Positions 21,534 through 31,856 of a stretch of 64,000 nt of DNA are shown in pieces. The position numbers were made by a program, and so were the translations under genes. The DNA comes from a phage. The notes under the pieces are model-generated. The model saw only the letters and a list, made by a program, of their open reading frames with translations, was not told where the DNA came from and did no database searches. The stretch is from sequence record PZ402305.1; one strand, given 5' to 3'. Within the stretch, counting starts at the first letter, position 1; every line of letters begins with the position of its first letter.

Positions 21534-22142
21534 ATGGAAGAGAAGATTTGGGATGGTAAAGATCCTTTAGAAGTTGGACACGTAGCGCGTGTCAAAAAAT
21601 CTACTACAGGTCCTGGTTTTTCTGGTTTGTATCATATACCAGAAGAAGGTCAGCACGTTACAATTTTGGCTCGTGACAAACAAAACGGAGCAACGCCTGT
21701 GTGGATTGTTCGTTGGTATGACAAAGATCTTAACATTTGCTTGTCACCTATTATGGCTCATTTGCTGGAAGCCCCTTGCTCTGAAGAAGCTCTAATTTTT
21801 GTTTCGGCTTTTCAGAAAGCCACAGGTTTAACATTAGATGCAAAAGATGTGCAAAAAGCATTTGACATTATTCAGGAAGACAACGATACTACATCTAACG
21901 ACGAACTGGTTGAAGTTACAATCTTATCTTCAGCAGATATCCGAGAGATTGATAATTGTGATTTTCCAATCACATTTAAAATGTCGCAGAAAGACATGCA
22001 GTCATCTGGAAGTTGTTTTGGTATACCTCGTTGGTTTTTTGATTCTATCGAAAATTCTACTACAGAGGGATCAGACTATGATCAAGATGACATGCTTTGG
22101 TTCTTAAAAAACCGAGAGATTGTTCTCTCACCACTTAAATAA
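21534..22142 (+). CDS. hypothetical protein (202 aa)
   Basis: Track ORF, TAGGAGG RBS. Confidence 0.5.
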   Translation: MEEKIWDGKDPLEVGHVARVKKSTTGPGFSGLYHIPEEGQHVTILARDKQNGATPVWIVRWYDKDLNICLSPIMAHLLEAPCSEEALIFVSAFQKATGLTLDAKDVQKAFDIIQEDNDTTSNDELVEVTILSSADIREIDNCDFPITFKMSQKDMQSSGSCFGIPRWFFDSIENSTTEGSDYDQDDMLWFLKNREIVLSPLK

Positions 22143-22817
22143 GGAGAAATAATGGTTTCATTTATCGTAGGTGTAGTTGTAGGCTATCTTATTAACAAAT
22201 ATCAAGACGTTATCACGGCAAAAGTAAAAGACATTTTAGACTCATCTAAATAATCTATCAAAGCTGCATCTTCAATAGGTGCAGCCTTTTAAAAGGAGAT
22301 ATGGCATGACTAAACGCACTGATTTTAAATGTATGCATTGTGGGAAATCTTTTGGGGATCATCAAGCTCGCACATTCAACTGTCCACGTAAAGGTCGCGG
22401 AAATTTTAAAGGTTTTAATCCCGCACATGTTTATTCTCCAGATTACGATAAGCCAGAAGAAGAAAAATTTGTTATTTAATAAGGAGGTCATATGGAACTC
22501 GTTCAAGAATTGTATAATGCTTTAGGAGCAAAAGGAAAAGATTGGCCCGAACATGCGCTTATTGCTATAAGAGACTCCGATGGTGAGATTAAGTTTTCAA
22601 GTGTAAGTAAAGAGCACATCGTAGAAACAAAACTGGGTATTTACATGCGTGGAACTTATTGCTTATTCAACACCAGAATGGTAGAAGCTCCTGTTATTGA
22701 AGATGGAACAAAAGATTGCCCCACAATCGTAACAAAAGCTGAATATGAGAAGTTTTTCTACGCTAAGGCTTGACACAGAAACAATACTATAGGATAGTGA
22801 TCCTATCGTAGCAATAG

Positions 22818-22839
22818 AACCCGCTTCGGCGGGTTTTTT
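22818..22839 (+). terminator. rho-independent terminator
   Basis: CCCGC-TTCG-GCGGG followed by TTTTTT. Confidence 0.7.
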
Positions 22840-23136
22840 CATATCTGTAGCAATAGGAGGTCGTGTGTTAAATAAAATCGAAGAAGGTTGTATGGCATTT
22901 TTGGTAGATAACCCGTTTCCCTTTATGGTTAAGGTCCATGTAGGAGAGTATTTAGGTTATGACGAATGGGATTGTAGTATCAATAGTGAAATGCACCACT
23001 ACCAACCAACAATACTTAAGACGGATCAAATGGCACGTATTACAGTAGAGGATGAATTGATCATTGAGTTATACGAGAGAGCACTACACAAGTAAGCTAG
23101 AACCCACCTAAATCGAACAGAGACGCTCTAAAATAG

Positions 23137-23166
23137 AAAAGGCACCCACTTGGGTGCCTTTGTTTT
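23137..23166. terminator. bidirectional terminator between the convergent gene blocks
   Basis: GGCACCCA/TGGGTGCC hairpin flanked by AAAA and TTTGTTTT. Confidence 0.6.
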
Positions 23167-23480
23167 ATTCTTCGTTAGATTGCGTTTCAGACGCGTTAAA
23201 TTCGGTTTCAGTACAGCTTGCTAGGTAACTTATGTTTTGCATCACTACAACTACAGGTGTTTGAAGTTTATCTTCTAGCCCAGCAGCCACTTGAGCCAAG
23301 GCGTTATCAATATTTGATTTCCTAACACCTGTTCCATGCCCTGTTGCCAAGTAAAGATTACCTTCCCCTTTTTGCGTAGCATTGGCAAAGTAGTAAACGT
23401 AATGTGCAAGGTAGTAATCACGGATTTCTTCAGTCATTTTATTCTCCTAATAAGAAAGGGGCCGAAGCCCCTTGAGTGGT

Positions 23481-24281
23481 TTATTTGTTTAAGTGGTCTT
23501 CGACCATTTTAATGAAACCTTCATTGCTGAAGGCTGTTGCAGCTTTTTCTCGGTAAACAAAAACTCCACGATCTTCATAGAGAAGTGTTTCTTCGTAATT
23601 AACTCCAGGGTTAACTACAACCATTTTTGTTCCGATGTTAAGAGCAGGAAAAAGCTCCCAGTTAAAATTGATAACTTGATTAGAGCAACCCACTACAATC
23701 ACCATATCTTGAGCCGTCAAGCCGTCTAAGATGTGGTACATATCGTTATACAATGGGGCAGTCTCCCCAAAGAACACTACATTGGGCTTCACATACTTGT
23801 AATCATCTACATCGATAGCAGCATAGCCAACATCTTTGATGATTCTATTGTCTACGATCACTTCAGGCAGGAAGCCGTGAACATGTAGAACATCTTCATG
23901 AACAACACCCGCTTGTTCCAGAAGATCATCTACGTTTGTCGTGATGTTGATAACACGATCACAGCCGTACTCTTGGAACCACTCTGCGATCTTGCAATGC
24001 GCAGCGTTAGGAGACACACTATCCATCTCTACGCGACGTTTATTGTAGAAGTCATGAGTTTTACGGTAGAGGTTGTATCCCTCTGCATCTAATCCACCAA
24101 CAGTGCCAGGAACACACTGTTCTTGCTGGTAGCCAGCACGGAAATTGAAAATATCGCACACTTCAGAAAGGTCGTATTCATCCCACAAAGCTTTCCCACT
24201 ATCTGTATCAGTGCGGAAAGTACGTACACCGCTATCGGCGCTTAGACCCGCGCCGCTGATCACTATTAATCGTCTTGGCAT
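23481..24281 (-). CDS. Sir2-family protein (NAD-dependent deacylase / ADP-ribosyltransferase-like), no Zn ribbon
   Basis: GAGLSADSGVRTFR, TTNVDDLLEQAG, HVHG, PNVVFFGE, VVGCS; no CxxC pairs seen. Confidence 0.7.
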   Translation of the reverse strand: MPRRLIVISGAGLSADSGVRTFRTDTDSGKALWDEYDLSEVCDIFNFRAGYQQEQCVPGTVGGLDAEGYNLYRKTHDFYNKRRVEMDSVSPNAAHCKIAEWFQEYGCDRVINITTNVDDLLEQAGVVHEDVLHVHGFLPEVIVDNRIIKDVGYAAIDVDDYKYVKPNVVFFGETAPLYNDMYHILDGLTAQDMVIVVGCSNQVINFNWELFPALNIGTKMVVVNPGVNYEETLLYEDRGVFVYREKAATAFSNEGFIKMVEDHLNK

Positions 24282-24757
24282 TCTTCCTCCTCATAATCAT
24301 CATAATCTTCGTCATCCAAATCGTACACTTCGTCTTGAGAATAACTCACTTCAAAGTAAATATCAAACTCCGCAAACAAACGTAGAATGTTGGACATGCT
24401 GTAATAATTATCGTAGGCAGATTCAGCTTCATAGTAAACATAAAGCAAATGGTTAGCCTTATCATCTTCCAAATATTTCCCGTCTGCATACGCATAGTCT
24501 GCATATGCTTTACCTGCATCTTCCACAAGAGAACGATCAAGCAGAGTAGGAAATGGTTTCTCTTTTTCTTTTAGTTTGCTCACCAACCAGTGTGCAATAT
24601 CATGCCAATCTGCATCCTCTCCGCTGAAGCAGCTTGCGACTTCGCCAAACTTGGCATCTCCTAAGTCTCCGCTAATAGTGATCATGGTTGAACTATTGTA
24701 ACCACAAGTTTCGCAATTTGAACAACTGTTGTGCACATGAATTTCTACTTGAAACAT
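24266..24757 (-). CDS. hypothetical protein with acidic C-terminal tail
   Basis: Internal ATG after GGAGGA; C-terminus DLDDEDYDDYEEEECQDD. Confidence 0.45.
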   Translation of the reverse strand: MFQVEIHVHNSCSNCETCGYNSSTMITISGDLGDAKFGEVASCFSGEDADWHDIAHWLVSKLKEKEKPFPTLLDRSLVEDAGKAYADYAYADGKYLEDDKANHLLYVYYEAESAYDNYYSMSNILRLFAEFDIYFEVSYSQDEVYDLDDEDYDDYEEEECQDD

Positions 24758-24815
24758 ATTTCCTCCCATAAAAGAAAAGCCCCCTGAAGCAGGAGGCTTT
24801 GTTCAGATATCGGCA

Positions 24816-25469
24816 CTATACCAGACTTTGAAGGTATTTGTCAAGGGCTTCTTGATCACCTTGACAAACATAGCAACGGAAGTCTTGAGCCGAAGGTTGT
24901 TTATTTTCATCCCAGTCCCAATAAACATTACCCTTATAACGTGAACCAGGAAACTCAAAAGAGGCTGTATGTGTAATGTATCCTGGGCCACCAGTGAAAT
25001 CACAGAATGAGAATTGGGGGTATGCCGCCTTTACTGCCTCAATAAACCAAGCTTTACGATCTAAAGCTTCATTGATGCTATACGCATGTCTCTCCATTTC
25101 TTCCCACGTTTTCCAGACACTTCTCTCATCAGGAGAAAAGACAAGCCATTCTGGAAGGTACAGAGTGTCATAGTAATCATCATATTCGATCTCGGAGGCG
25201 CACGAAGCTGACTCCTCCAGTTTTGAGTAATCAAAAGCAGAATATACCCACCAACCATCTTCCAGTAAGGCTTTGATAGGGACGAAGCCTTTATCAGCAT
25301 ATTGATCGAATTGTTTGACACGGTGGCTTGTGCAGTCTTCAAACTCACATTCTAAACGATATGCACCTTTTCGACGAGCCTCAAGACCGTGTGTACTGAA
25401 AATAACAACACTTCCTTCACCATCATTACGATCTACTTGATAAGCAACTACTGGTTTTGAATTTGACAT
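24816..25469 (-). CDS. hypothetical protein (217 aa)
   Basis: Track ORF. Confidence 0.45.
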   Translation of the reverse strand: MSNSKPVVAYQVDRNDGEGSVVIFSTHGLEARRKGAYRLECEFEDCTSHRVKQFDQYADKGFVPIKALLEDGWWVYSAFDYSKLEESASCASEIEYDDYYDTLYLPEWLVFSPDERSVWKTWEEMERHAYSINEALDRKAWFIEAVKAAYPQFSFCDFTGGPGYITHTASFEFPGSRYKGNVYWDWDENKQPSAQDFRCYVCQGDQEALDKYLQSLV

Positions 25470-26152
25470 TATTTCTCCTTATCTAGAAGATTGTTAGACA
25501 AAAACACGGCACGAGCAAAACCACGTGCGGTTAGGGATCTAAGTTGTTTTGTTTTTGCACTAGCTCCACCTAAGCTTTTCCAACCCCAGAAGCAGCCTAT
25601 ATGATCTACTGGTTTCTTCACTGGTTGAACAAAACCATTGCCGTGCCAAATACAAGTTTTCTTTGTATACCCATCACGGGTAGGCATTTTAGGATGAAAG
25701 CTTCCTTCCTCTTCAAACAAATACCCACCATATTCATAAGGATCAAAGTAAAAATCGGGTTTACGCCATAGGGTTGAAAGTTTACCTACTGGGTTCTCAA
25801 TCATCCAAGGAACATTATATTTGTTACCCAAAGCTTCCACTACACGAATATTAGCTAAAGCTTCATCTAATTCCTCTGTGCTACGTTCGTGTTTGCTACC
25901 ACTACCTGCTAACATAGTGCAAGGTGGAAATCCAAAAATAATATCGGGTTTAGGTATCCCATGATCTTCAGGGTTAAATGTAGAATCTATCCAGGCATTC
26001 ACATAGGTTATGTTTGGGTGCTCCATCCTAACCTCGTATTTACCGTGATCCCCTTCATCAGCGTTTACACAAAAACACTTGTGACCTGCTTCGGCATAAC
26101 GTAACACCATGATCCCAGATCCGTCAAACATAGACAAAACTGTTTTACTCAT
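25469..26152 (-). CDS. DNA cytosine-5 methyltransferase-like protein (short form)
   Basis: LSMFDGSGI (FxGxG), GFPPC (Pro-Cys), MIENPVG (ENV-like); start moved to ATG after GGAGG. Confidence 0.45.
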   Translation of the reverse strand: MSKTVLSMFDGSGIMVLRYAEAGHKCFCVNADEGDHGKYEVRMEHPNITYVNAWIDSTFNPEDHGIPKPDIIFGFPPCTMLAGSGSKHERSTEELDEALANIRVVEALGNKYNVPWMIENPVGKLSTLWRKPDFYFDPYEYGGYLFEEEGSFHPKMPTRDGYTKKTCIWHGNGFVQPVKKPVDHIGCFWGWKSLGGASAKTKQLRSLTARGFARAVFLSNNLLDKEK

Positions 26153-26540
26153 TACCCCTCCATTCAAGACAAGCCATAACTTTACGCCAATCACTTTCTG
26201 TAAGAAAAATCTCGTTTGCTTTCTTCCACAAATCTAAATCGTAAAGGGTTGGAATACGATATGTTAGTTCACAGAATCTATGCTCTTCTTCTGTAATATA
26301 ACCAAAATGCAGAGCCACATCGTGAAACCAACACCAACCATGCATCTCTCGAACAACATGGTCATGTTGAGACATTATTTTATGCCGTAAACCTAACCAA
26401 CAAGGAACAGATACTTTAGTAGTCTTTAATCTGTGTTCAACAGTATTAGAGTATTCAATAATAGCTGTCAGTTTCAATCGTGCTTTTTCTAAATCCTCAT
26501 GCGTCACTTTGAAATAACTTTCTGAAAGATATCCACACAT
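26145..26540 (-). CDS. hypothetical protein (131 aa)
   Basis: ATG after GAAGGAGG. Confidence 0.45.
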   Translation of the reverse strand: MCGYLSESYFKVTHEDLEKARLKLTAIIEYSNTVEHRLKTTKVSVPCWLGLRHKIMSQHDHVVREMHGWCWFHDVALHFGYITEEEHRFCELTYRIPTLYDLDLWKKANEIFLTESDWRKVMACLEWRGNE

Positions 26541-26541
26541 A

Positions 26542-27483
26542 TTAATAACCTCCTTCAAAAGGCTTTACTACATGTTGATTAGCTTTAAAACGTTCAACAT
26601 AGTCGTTTTCGCCCATGTTTTCATATAGCTTAATAACAACATAAAAGTTTTCCCAAGCATATTCCCTAAACCAACCACTAGTGATGGATGTGCAGACTTT
26701 AGATAAAGCCATTATAAAACTTTGCTTAGGGGTTGGACCTCCGATCTCTTCACCGAAAGGAATTTGTGAACGTTCCAAAGCCAAAACACACGCTTCTTCA
26801 TAAACACCTAACAGCCGCACATGTTTTGGTTGAGCAAAAAACTTTTCTTTGCTGGTCATAACTTCACTTCCATCTTTCATATAAGATTTATATGCTGGAG
26901 CATCCATTAACGCGATTGCTTCATGGATAGAATCATGATCATAAACATACGGAACCTCGTCACCTTTAAAGAACTCTTTACTTTTTACGTTTAAGTTCGG
27001 ATGAGAGTAAGTGTATGTTTCTTTCTCACGCAACTCATAAATACTCTTAAGATTTTCTGGGATCTTTGCGCCCAGTGACCGCATGAAATGAATATCTTTC
27101 ATAGTTTTAAAGAAGTGAGGACTATCCTTTTTAAAACGATGACTCATTTTAAGAAGGTAGAGCACATCTAAAGGAGCAACAACATGTCCAGCGTAAGTTC
27201 GACGAACATCATCAGAATCTTCACAATAACTAATCAAAGCTTCTGTGCTATCTCCTTGAGAAGCAATATCGTATTCCAAATGTGCACCAGCTATCATTTT
27301 GACATGGCCTTTGTTCCCTTTACGTTCTACAAGTTCAACAAACTCGTCTTGAGAGAACATTTTTGATAATTCTTCCCACTCTTGTTCTGTACACAGGTAA
27401 TCTAAATCTACACAAGGGCGATACAAGTCTTTTCCCATGTCCATAGCATGAATTTGTAATGCACGGCTACCAATTAACACCAT
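26542..27483 (-). CDS. hypothetical protein (313 aa), possible nucleotidyltransferase-like N-terminus
   Basis: LIGSRAL...VDLDYL loosely resembles a GS...DxD motif; own promoter TTGACA-N17-TAAACT at about 27514-27542. Confidence 0.4.
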   Translation of the reverse strand: MVLIGSRALQIHAMDMGKDLYRPCVDLDYLCTEQEWEELSKMFSQDEFVELVERKGNKGHVKMIAGAHLEYDIASQGDSTEALISYCEDSDDVRRTYAGHVVAPLDVLYLLKMSHRFKKDSPHFFKTMKDIHFMRSLGAKIPENLKSIYELREKETYTYSHPNLNVKSKEFFKGDEVPYVYDHDSIHEAIALMDAPAYKSYMKDGSEVMTSKEKFFAQPKHVRLLGVYEEACVLALERSQIPFGEEIGGPTPKQSFIMALSKVCTSITSGWFREYAWENFYVVIKLYENMGENDYVERFKANQHVVKPFEGGY

Positions 27484-27542
27484 AATATTTCTCCTCTATT
27501 GGTTGATAGGTTAAGTTTATCAAGCTTCCAGATTCCTGTCAA

Positions 27543-27566
27543 TAAAAAACCCGCCGAAGCGGGTTA
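27543..27566 (-). terminator. rho-independent terminator (minus strand)
   Basis: CCCGC-UUCG-GCGGG plus T-run on the minus strand; promoter follows immediately. Confidence 0.65.
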
Positions 27567-27573
27567 TTATTTA

Positions 27574-27846
27574 CTAACACATTGAGGAAGAAGAGATCCA
27601 AACACCTCTTGTGGTTAAACCATTTTCATCCAACTCTACACCATAATCTTCACAAATGAAATCAATATAGTGATCTGCGGCTGGCGTTCCTGTAGGGTAA
27701 TAAGTTTCTCCGTTACCGTAGTCACCTATCCAAGCTTGTTCCTGAAACTGTTCACAAAGTTCTTCAATTTCCTTACGAAACTTTCTTTGTGCTTGTTCCA
27801 TCTCTTTAACTTTCTTTTTTATCAGCAGTTCGCCTTCAGACTCCAC
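27574..27846 (-). CDS. small acidic protein, C-terminal VWISSSSMC
   Basis: One of three tandem paralogs sharing helical N-terminus and W-x-S-S-S-x-C end. Confidence 0.5.
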   Translation of the reverse strand: MESEGELLIKKKVKEMEQAQRKFRKEIEELCEQFQEQAWIGDYGNGETYYPTGTPAADHYIDFICEDYGVELDENGLTTRGVWISSSSMC

Positions 27847-27855
27847 AATCTCTCC

Positions 27856-28074
27856 TTAACAGCTACTACTGTGCCAAACGCCTTGAGAATTAACAACGAA
27901 ACCATCATCACCTTCACCATAACAAGAAGAGGATTGCCAATCTTCAAAACAGATTGCGTCATCTTCTAAACTAAGACCAAAACCAGCATCTTCAGCTTCT
28001 TTTGTAAGTTCGTCCACCAAAGCCATAATAGCTTGGGCTTTTTCAGTTAATTCTTCAACATTACGATAACTCAT
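27856..28074 (-). CDS. small acidic protein, C-terminal VWHSSSC
   Basis: Start at internal ATG after AGAGGAG. Confidence 0.5.
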   Translation of the reverse strand: MSYRNVEELTEKAQAIMALVDELTKEAEDAGFGLSLEDDAICFEDWQSSSCYGEGDDGFVVNSQGVWHSSSC

Positions 28075-28354
28075 TAGTATTTCTCCTCTGGTTGGAAAAC
28101 GGAACGACAGGCCCACATAGAAGCTTCTTTCAACTTAGTCTTTGCTATTGAAATTTGGTCAAGGCGGGTGGATATATTGGTAGACTCTTCCAAATCTTCA
28201 CAATCATCCAGTTCAGCCCACAATTCAGACATTAGAGCATCAAAGATTAATCCTAATCGAACTTCAGCATCTTTAATAGCATTCACTTTACCAATTTTGT
28301 CATCGGTATGCGGTTTATAACCTTTGATATCTTCGATTCCCACTTTACCTCCTA

Positions 28355-28552
28355 TTAACAACTTAAAGAAGATGGATGCCAATTTGTTCCAGTATTCTCA
28401 TTTTCATCTTCTGGATCATAATAACCACCCATCCCATATTCAGGGGAGAAACTGAAACCTTCACCAGTCTCGTCTGCTAACTGCTCTGCTTCCGCTAAAG
28501 CCTCATAAGCTGCTTTTACGGCTTCTTCTACTGTTTTAAACTTGGTCGTCAT
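28355..28552 (-). CDS. small acidic protein, C-terminal NWHPSSLSC
   Basis: Third member of the trio. Confidence 0.5.
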   Translation of the reverse strand: MTTKFKTVEEAVKAAYEALAEAEQLADETGEGFSFSPEYGMGGYYDPEDENENTGTNWHPSSLSC

Positions 28553-28804
28553 AAAATTTCTCCTCTCCTAAAGACATGTTGACATGAAATGCGCGGTATG
28601 TAAATTCGTTGTCCGTTGTGTTAGAATAAAACTCAAATTGAACAACACCGTCTTGAGAAGACAAATACATGCCAATTTGAACTGTTCCTTCTGGTACCAG
28701 GTAAGCATACTCTGGGCGTAGTGTTACATTGTAAAAATAAAGTTCCCCAACACCCATTTCATCCCAAGCTTCCCAAGCGGTAACGAAGTTACTTTCAAAA
28801 CTTG

Positions 28805-29317
28805 TTACTGATCCGAACTCTGCCATAAAACCTCCTCAATCTTGTAGTTTGACTCCATCTCCAACACATTTCCACGAACGTCTCTCCGAAGAAAGGCATA
28901 AGCTTTATTAGGTATTGTAGACTCATATTTAACCATATCTGGCACAGCAAAAGATACTACTACTCCTGCTGGGCTTCTGTCAAGAGCCTTATTAATATTT
29001 CTAAGGATATCGTTAGCCAAGATTTCTGCCAATTCTCCAAGAACAGTTTCGGTTATATCTTTATATCCCATTAAATATTTGTTGATATCTTTCATCTCTG
29101 TATTGTTCAGAGTATAGTCCAAAGGATAGAAATTCAAAGCGGAGTCACTTTTATGTGTCCACATGAAATGCACCCGATCCGAGCAGAATCGTAACCCTCT
29201 ACGAAGAATATCTTCTACAACAGGCAGAATTTCTTTTGTCACATCATTAACCATGTTGTAATCTAAGATTTCTGCCAAGTTTGTTCTTTGTTCACCACGT
29301 TTACGTCTAGGAATCAC
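28805..29317 (-). CDS. hypothetical protein (170 aa)
   Basis: Track ORF. Confidence 0.45.
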   Translation of the reverse strand: MIPRRKRGEQRTNLAEILDYNMVNDVTKEILPVVEDILRRGLRFCSDRVHFMWTHKSDSALNFYPLDYTLNNTEMKDINKYLMGYKDITETVLGELAEILANDILRNINKALDRSPAGVVVSFAVPDMVKYESTIPNKAYAFLRRDVRGNVLEMESNYKIEEVLWQSSDQ

Positions 29318-29888
29318 TTGTTATCGCCCTCATTACCAAAGGTCGTAGAAAATCGTAAATCTCTTGTTTTGTTTTCCCACGAATGTTTAAACAAGGAACA
29401 TTATTGGCTTTAGCTATCTTCCAAGCCGTAGCTGTTCCACCTTTTGCATCTCCATGTTTATCAGTATTAGCACAAGCCAACAAGAAACATGATGGAGCAG
29501 GATTCTCCAAATCTCTGCCTAACACTTGATGCACATTACGTTGGTGCAATTTTCTAGCACCCTGCTTAAGCTTTTCATAAGCTGGGTGAACATCTTTGAT
29601 CCATTGCACAGAGATAGCATAGTTCATTGTATCTGGTTTTGCAAGAACAATAACATCACCTGGAATCTGATTACCTTTGAAATTTTCCCAAGGAACATAA
29701 ATCTCCTTGTTAGTAGGATTTTCAGACTCTTGGACACCTGTTTCAAAAGCAGAATCACTACCCTCTGCCTTCCCAGACCGTAATTTAAACCCAAGGTTTG
29801 AAAGCCATTTCCCTATGCCTACCATCAAAGCCCACTCTTCTTCAGATATGTCCCTACTTCCAACTCCCGTATAGAACAGTTCTGCCAT
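29307..29888 (-). CDS. DprA/Smf-like Rossmann-fold (SLOG-type) protein
   Basis: FYTGVGSRDIS ... LRSGKAEGSDSAFETG resembles the DprA GSR / SG.A.G.D core. Confidence 0.45.
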   Translation of the reverse strand: MAELFYTGVGSRDISEEEWALMVGIGKWLSNLGFKLRSGKAEGSDSAFETGVQESENPTNKEIYVPWENFKGNQIPGDVIVLAKPDTMNYAISVQWIKDVHPAYEKLKQGARKLHQRNVHQVLGRDLENPAPSCFLLACANTDKHGDAKGGTATAWKIAKANNVPCLNIRGKTKQEIYDFLRPLVMRAITSDS

Positions 29889-30203
29889 AATCACCTCAAC
29901 AAGTAATTTCAAAAGGTGTATAGGGTTCCGTATTTCTCATGATCCAAGGACTGCTAGGATTGCTGGGATCATAAGGACCAAAAGGTTTTATGGTAGGTTG
30001 TGTTTCTTTCTTCTGAATCTCTTCAAAAATACGACGAAGTTCAGAATATTCTTGATCCACCATAAGATTCGGTGCATCTGATTCTACAGCTTGCAGATTA
30101 TCTTCCTTAAAAAGAATCTCACGAACAAGATTAACATCTTCTGTTTCTAAGATAACTTCTTTACGGATATTGCCTACACTTTGAATAATTGTAATCTTAT
30201 ACA

Positions 30204-30947
30204 TTAATCCTCCTCAAGAGTTGAATAAAATTGAAGACCACCGTCCATATCGAAATAAGCAAATGTTAAGTTATTATTGAACACAGATCCAGTATCCATA
30301 TAAACACGATTCGCATTGATAATAGGTGTTTTTACATAAGAGTGTCCATGAAACACATAATCCACACCCATCACAACAGGAAGTTTCATTCCCTCTTTAG
30401 CACAGTCTACCATATCTCTGTCCCACATAAGTGCTTCAGCAAAACGGTTTTCCTGTGTTTTTGTCATCTTCGAAATGTATTCTGGAATATCTGTTACAGG
30501 GAGATATTCCAAAGAAGATGGATACCCACCATGAATAAACGCAAGTTTCATGCCTCTGTAGTTAACAATGAGAACAACAGGTAAATCTTCTGTCATCATT
30601 GCTAAGGCTGTAGCTCCTTCTTCACCACATTCTTCAAAGACCGTATATCCTCCATTTTGATACCAACACTCGTAGTAGCTACGATCTCCTTCCAGCATAC
30701 CTTTAATCATCATGTCTTCATGATTGCCACGAATAGCGTAGCGATTGTGTTTACGAGTAAATTCTAAAACACAACGAAAGTTTTGCTTTCCACGGTCAGT
30801 AAGATCTCCTAGAGATACAACCACATCTGTATCTCGGATACCTAACTTTGCCTTTCCTTTTTCATACAAATTATAACAACCGTGTAGATCTCCAATTATA
30901 AAAAGATCTTGATCGCTTTTAACAGTAATTTCTCTGTGTATGATCAC
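30204..30947 (-). CDS. Ser/Thr protein phosphatase (calcineurin-like metallophosphatase)
   Basis: GDLHGC, GDLTDRG, GNHE, HGH; GTG start after GAGGAGG. Confidence 0.75.
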   Translation of the reverse strand: MIIHREITVKSDQDLFIIGDLHGCYNLYEKGKAKLGIRDTDVVVSLGDLTDRGKQNFRCVLEFTRKHNRYAIRGNHEDMMIKGMLEGDRSYYECWYQNGGYTVFEECGEEGATALAMMTEDLPVVLIVNYRGMKLAFIHGGYPSSLEYLPVTDIPEYISKMTKTQENRFAEALMWDRDMVDCAKEGMKLPVVMGVDYVFHGHSYVKTPIINANRVYMDTGSVFNNNLTFAYFDMDGGLQFYSTLEED

Positions 30948-31283
30948 TTATCCTCCTCAAAATCTAAGAAAATAAAAATATTCACCTTTCCTTCAATCTC
31001 TTGTTCTAAAACAAGATCGGCAAATTCTGCATAAGCTTTCTCTTCAACTTTTTCAATATGTTCTGCGGCATCTTTAAAAGGCGTATCCCCATCCACCTTT
31101 ACTAATAAGAAAAGAGATCGCATTTCGACGTTTTTACTGTTACGAGGAAGGAAATCTACAGCTTCAACAATTCTCCAACCCAAATAGCCAGGGGTTTTAT
31201 GAATCTCCCCTAAATACTTTTCTAAGATTTTACGACCCTCGTCGATAAGGGCTTGTTCTGTAGTAATTTCCATTCCTTCCTCC

Positions 31284-31856
31284 TCAAATTATTAACGAAA
31301 CCGCATGACTAAATCTTGGTTCAGATATAACCTCTGCTACAGTCACATATGTATCGTGCAGCCAAAAAGATTCTACTCTACAAACACAAATACCGTTGAT
31401 AATGAAATCTACACAGGCTTTATTATTTTCGCACACTTGTTGACTATAAACAACCCCTAAAGAGTCATAAAGTGATCTCACTGTTGCTACCATTTCATCT
31501 GTTTCGTCTTCCTGTGAAACAAAGAAAACGAATACAGACAAGTTATTAGCGAAAGTATTGCTATTCTCTACTTCAACCGACTTACAAGGTAAAAAGGAGT
31601 AATATTTACCGTTAGGTATCAATTTCGCCTCAACCTGGTTAAGTATGCTTTGAGATGGTTTTGTTACATAAAAAAGATTTTCTGTTGGGTTTTCAACATT
31701 GCTCCTTACTATGCAACGAGTGGGGTTCGAAGGATCAAAAACATGATCGAAATCGACACACACAGGTAAGTTAACAACTTTAAACTTTTTGCTAAGAATG
31801 CTTACTGCTGTAAAAATCAAACCAGCATTTATTTTGCCAGTGAAAGTTGAACGCAT
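31284..31856 (-). CDS. hypothetical protein (190 aa)
   Basis: ATG after GAGGAG. Confidence 0.45.
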   Translation of the reverse strand: MRSTFTGKINAGLIFTAVSILSKKFKVVNLPVCVDFDHVFDPSNPTRCIVRSNVENPTENLFYVTKPSQSILNQVEAKLIPNGKYYSFLPCKSVEVENSNTFANNLSVFVFFVSQEDETDEMVATVRSLYDSLGVVYSQQVCENNKACVDFIINGICVCRVESFWLHDTYVTVAEVISEPRFSHAVSLII

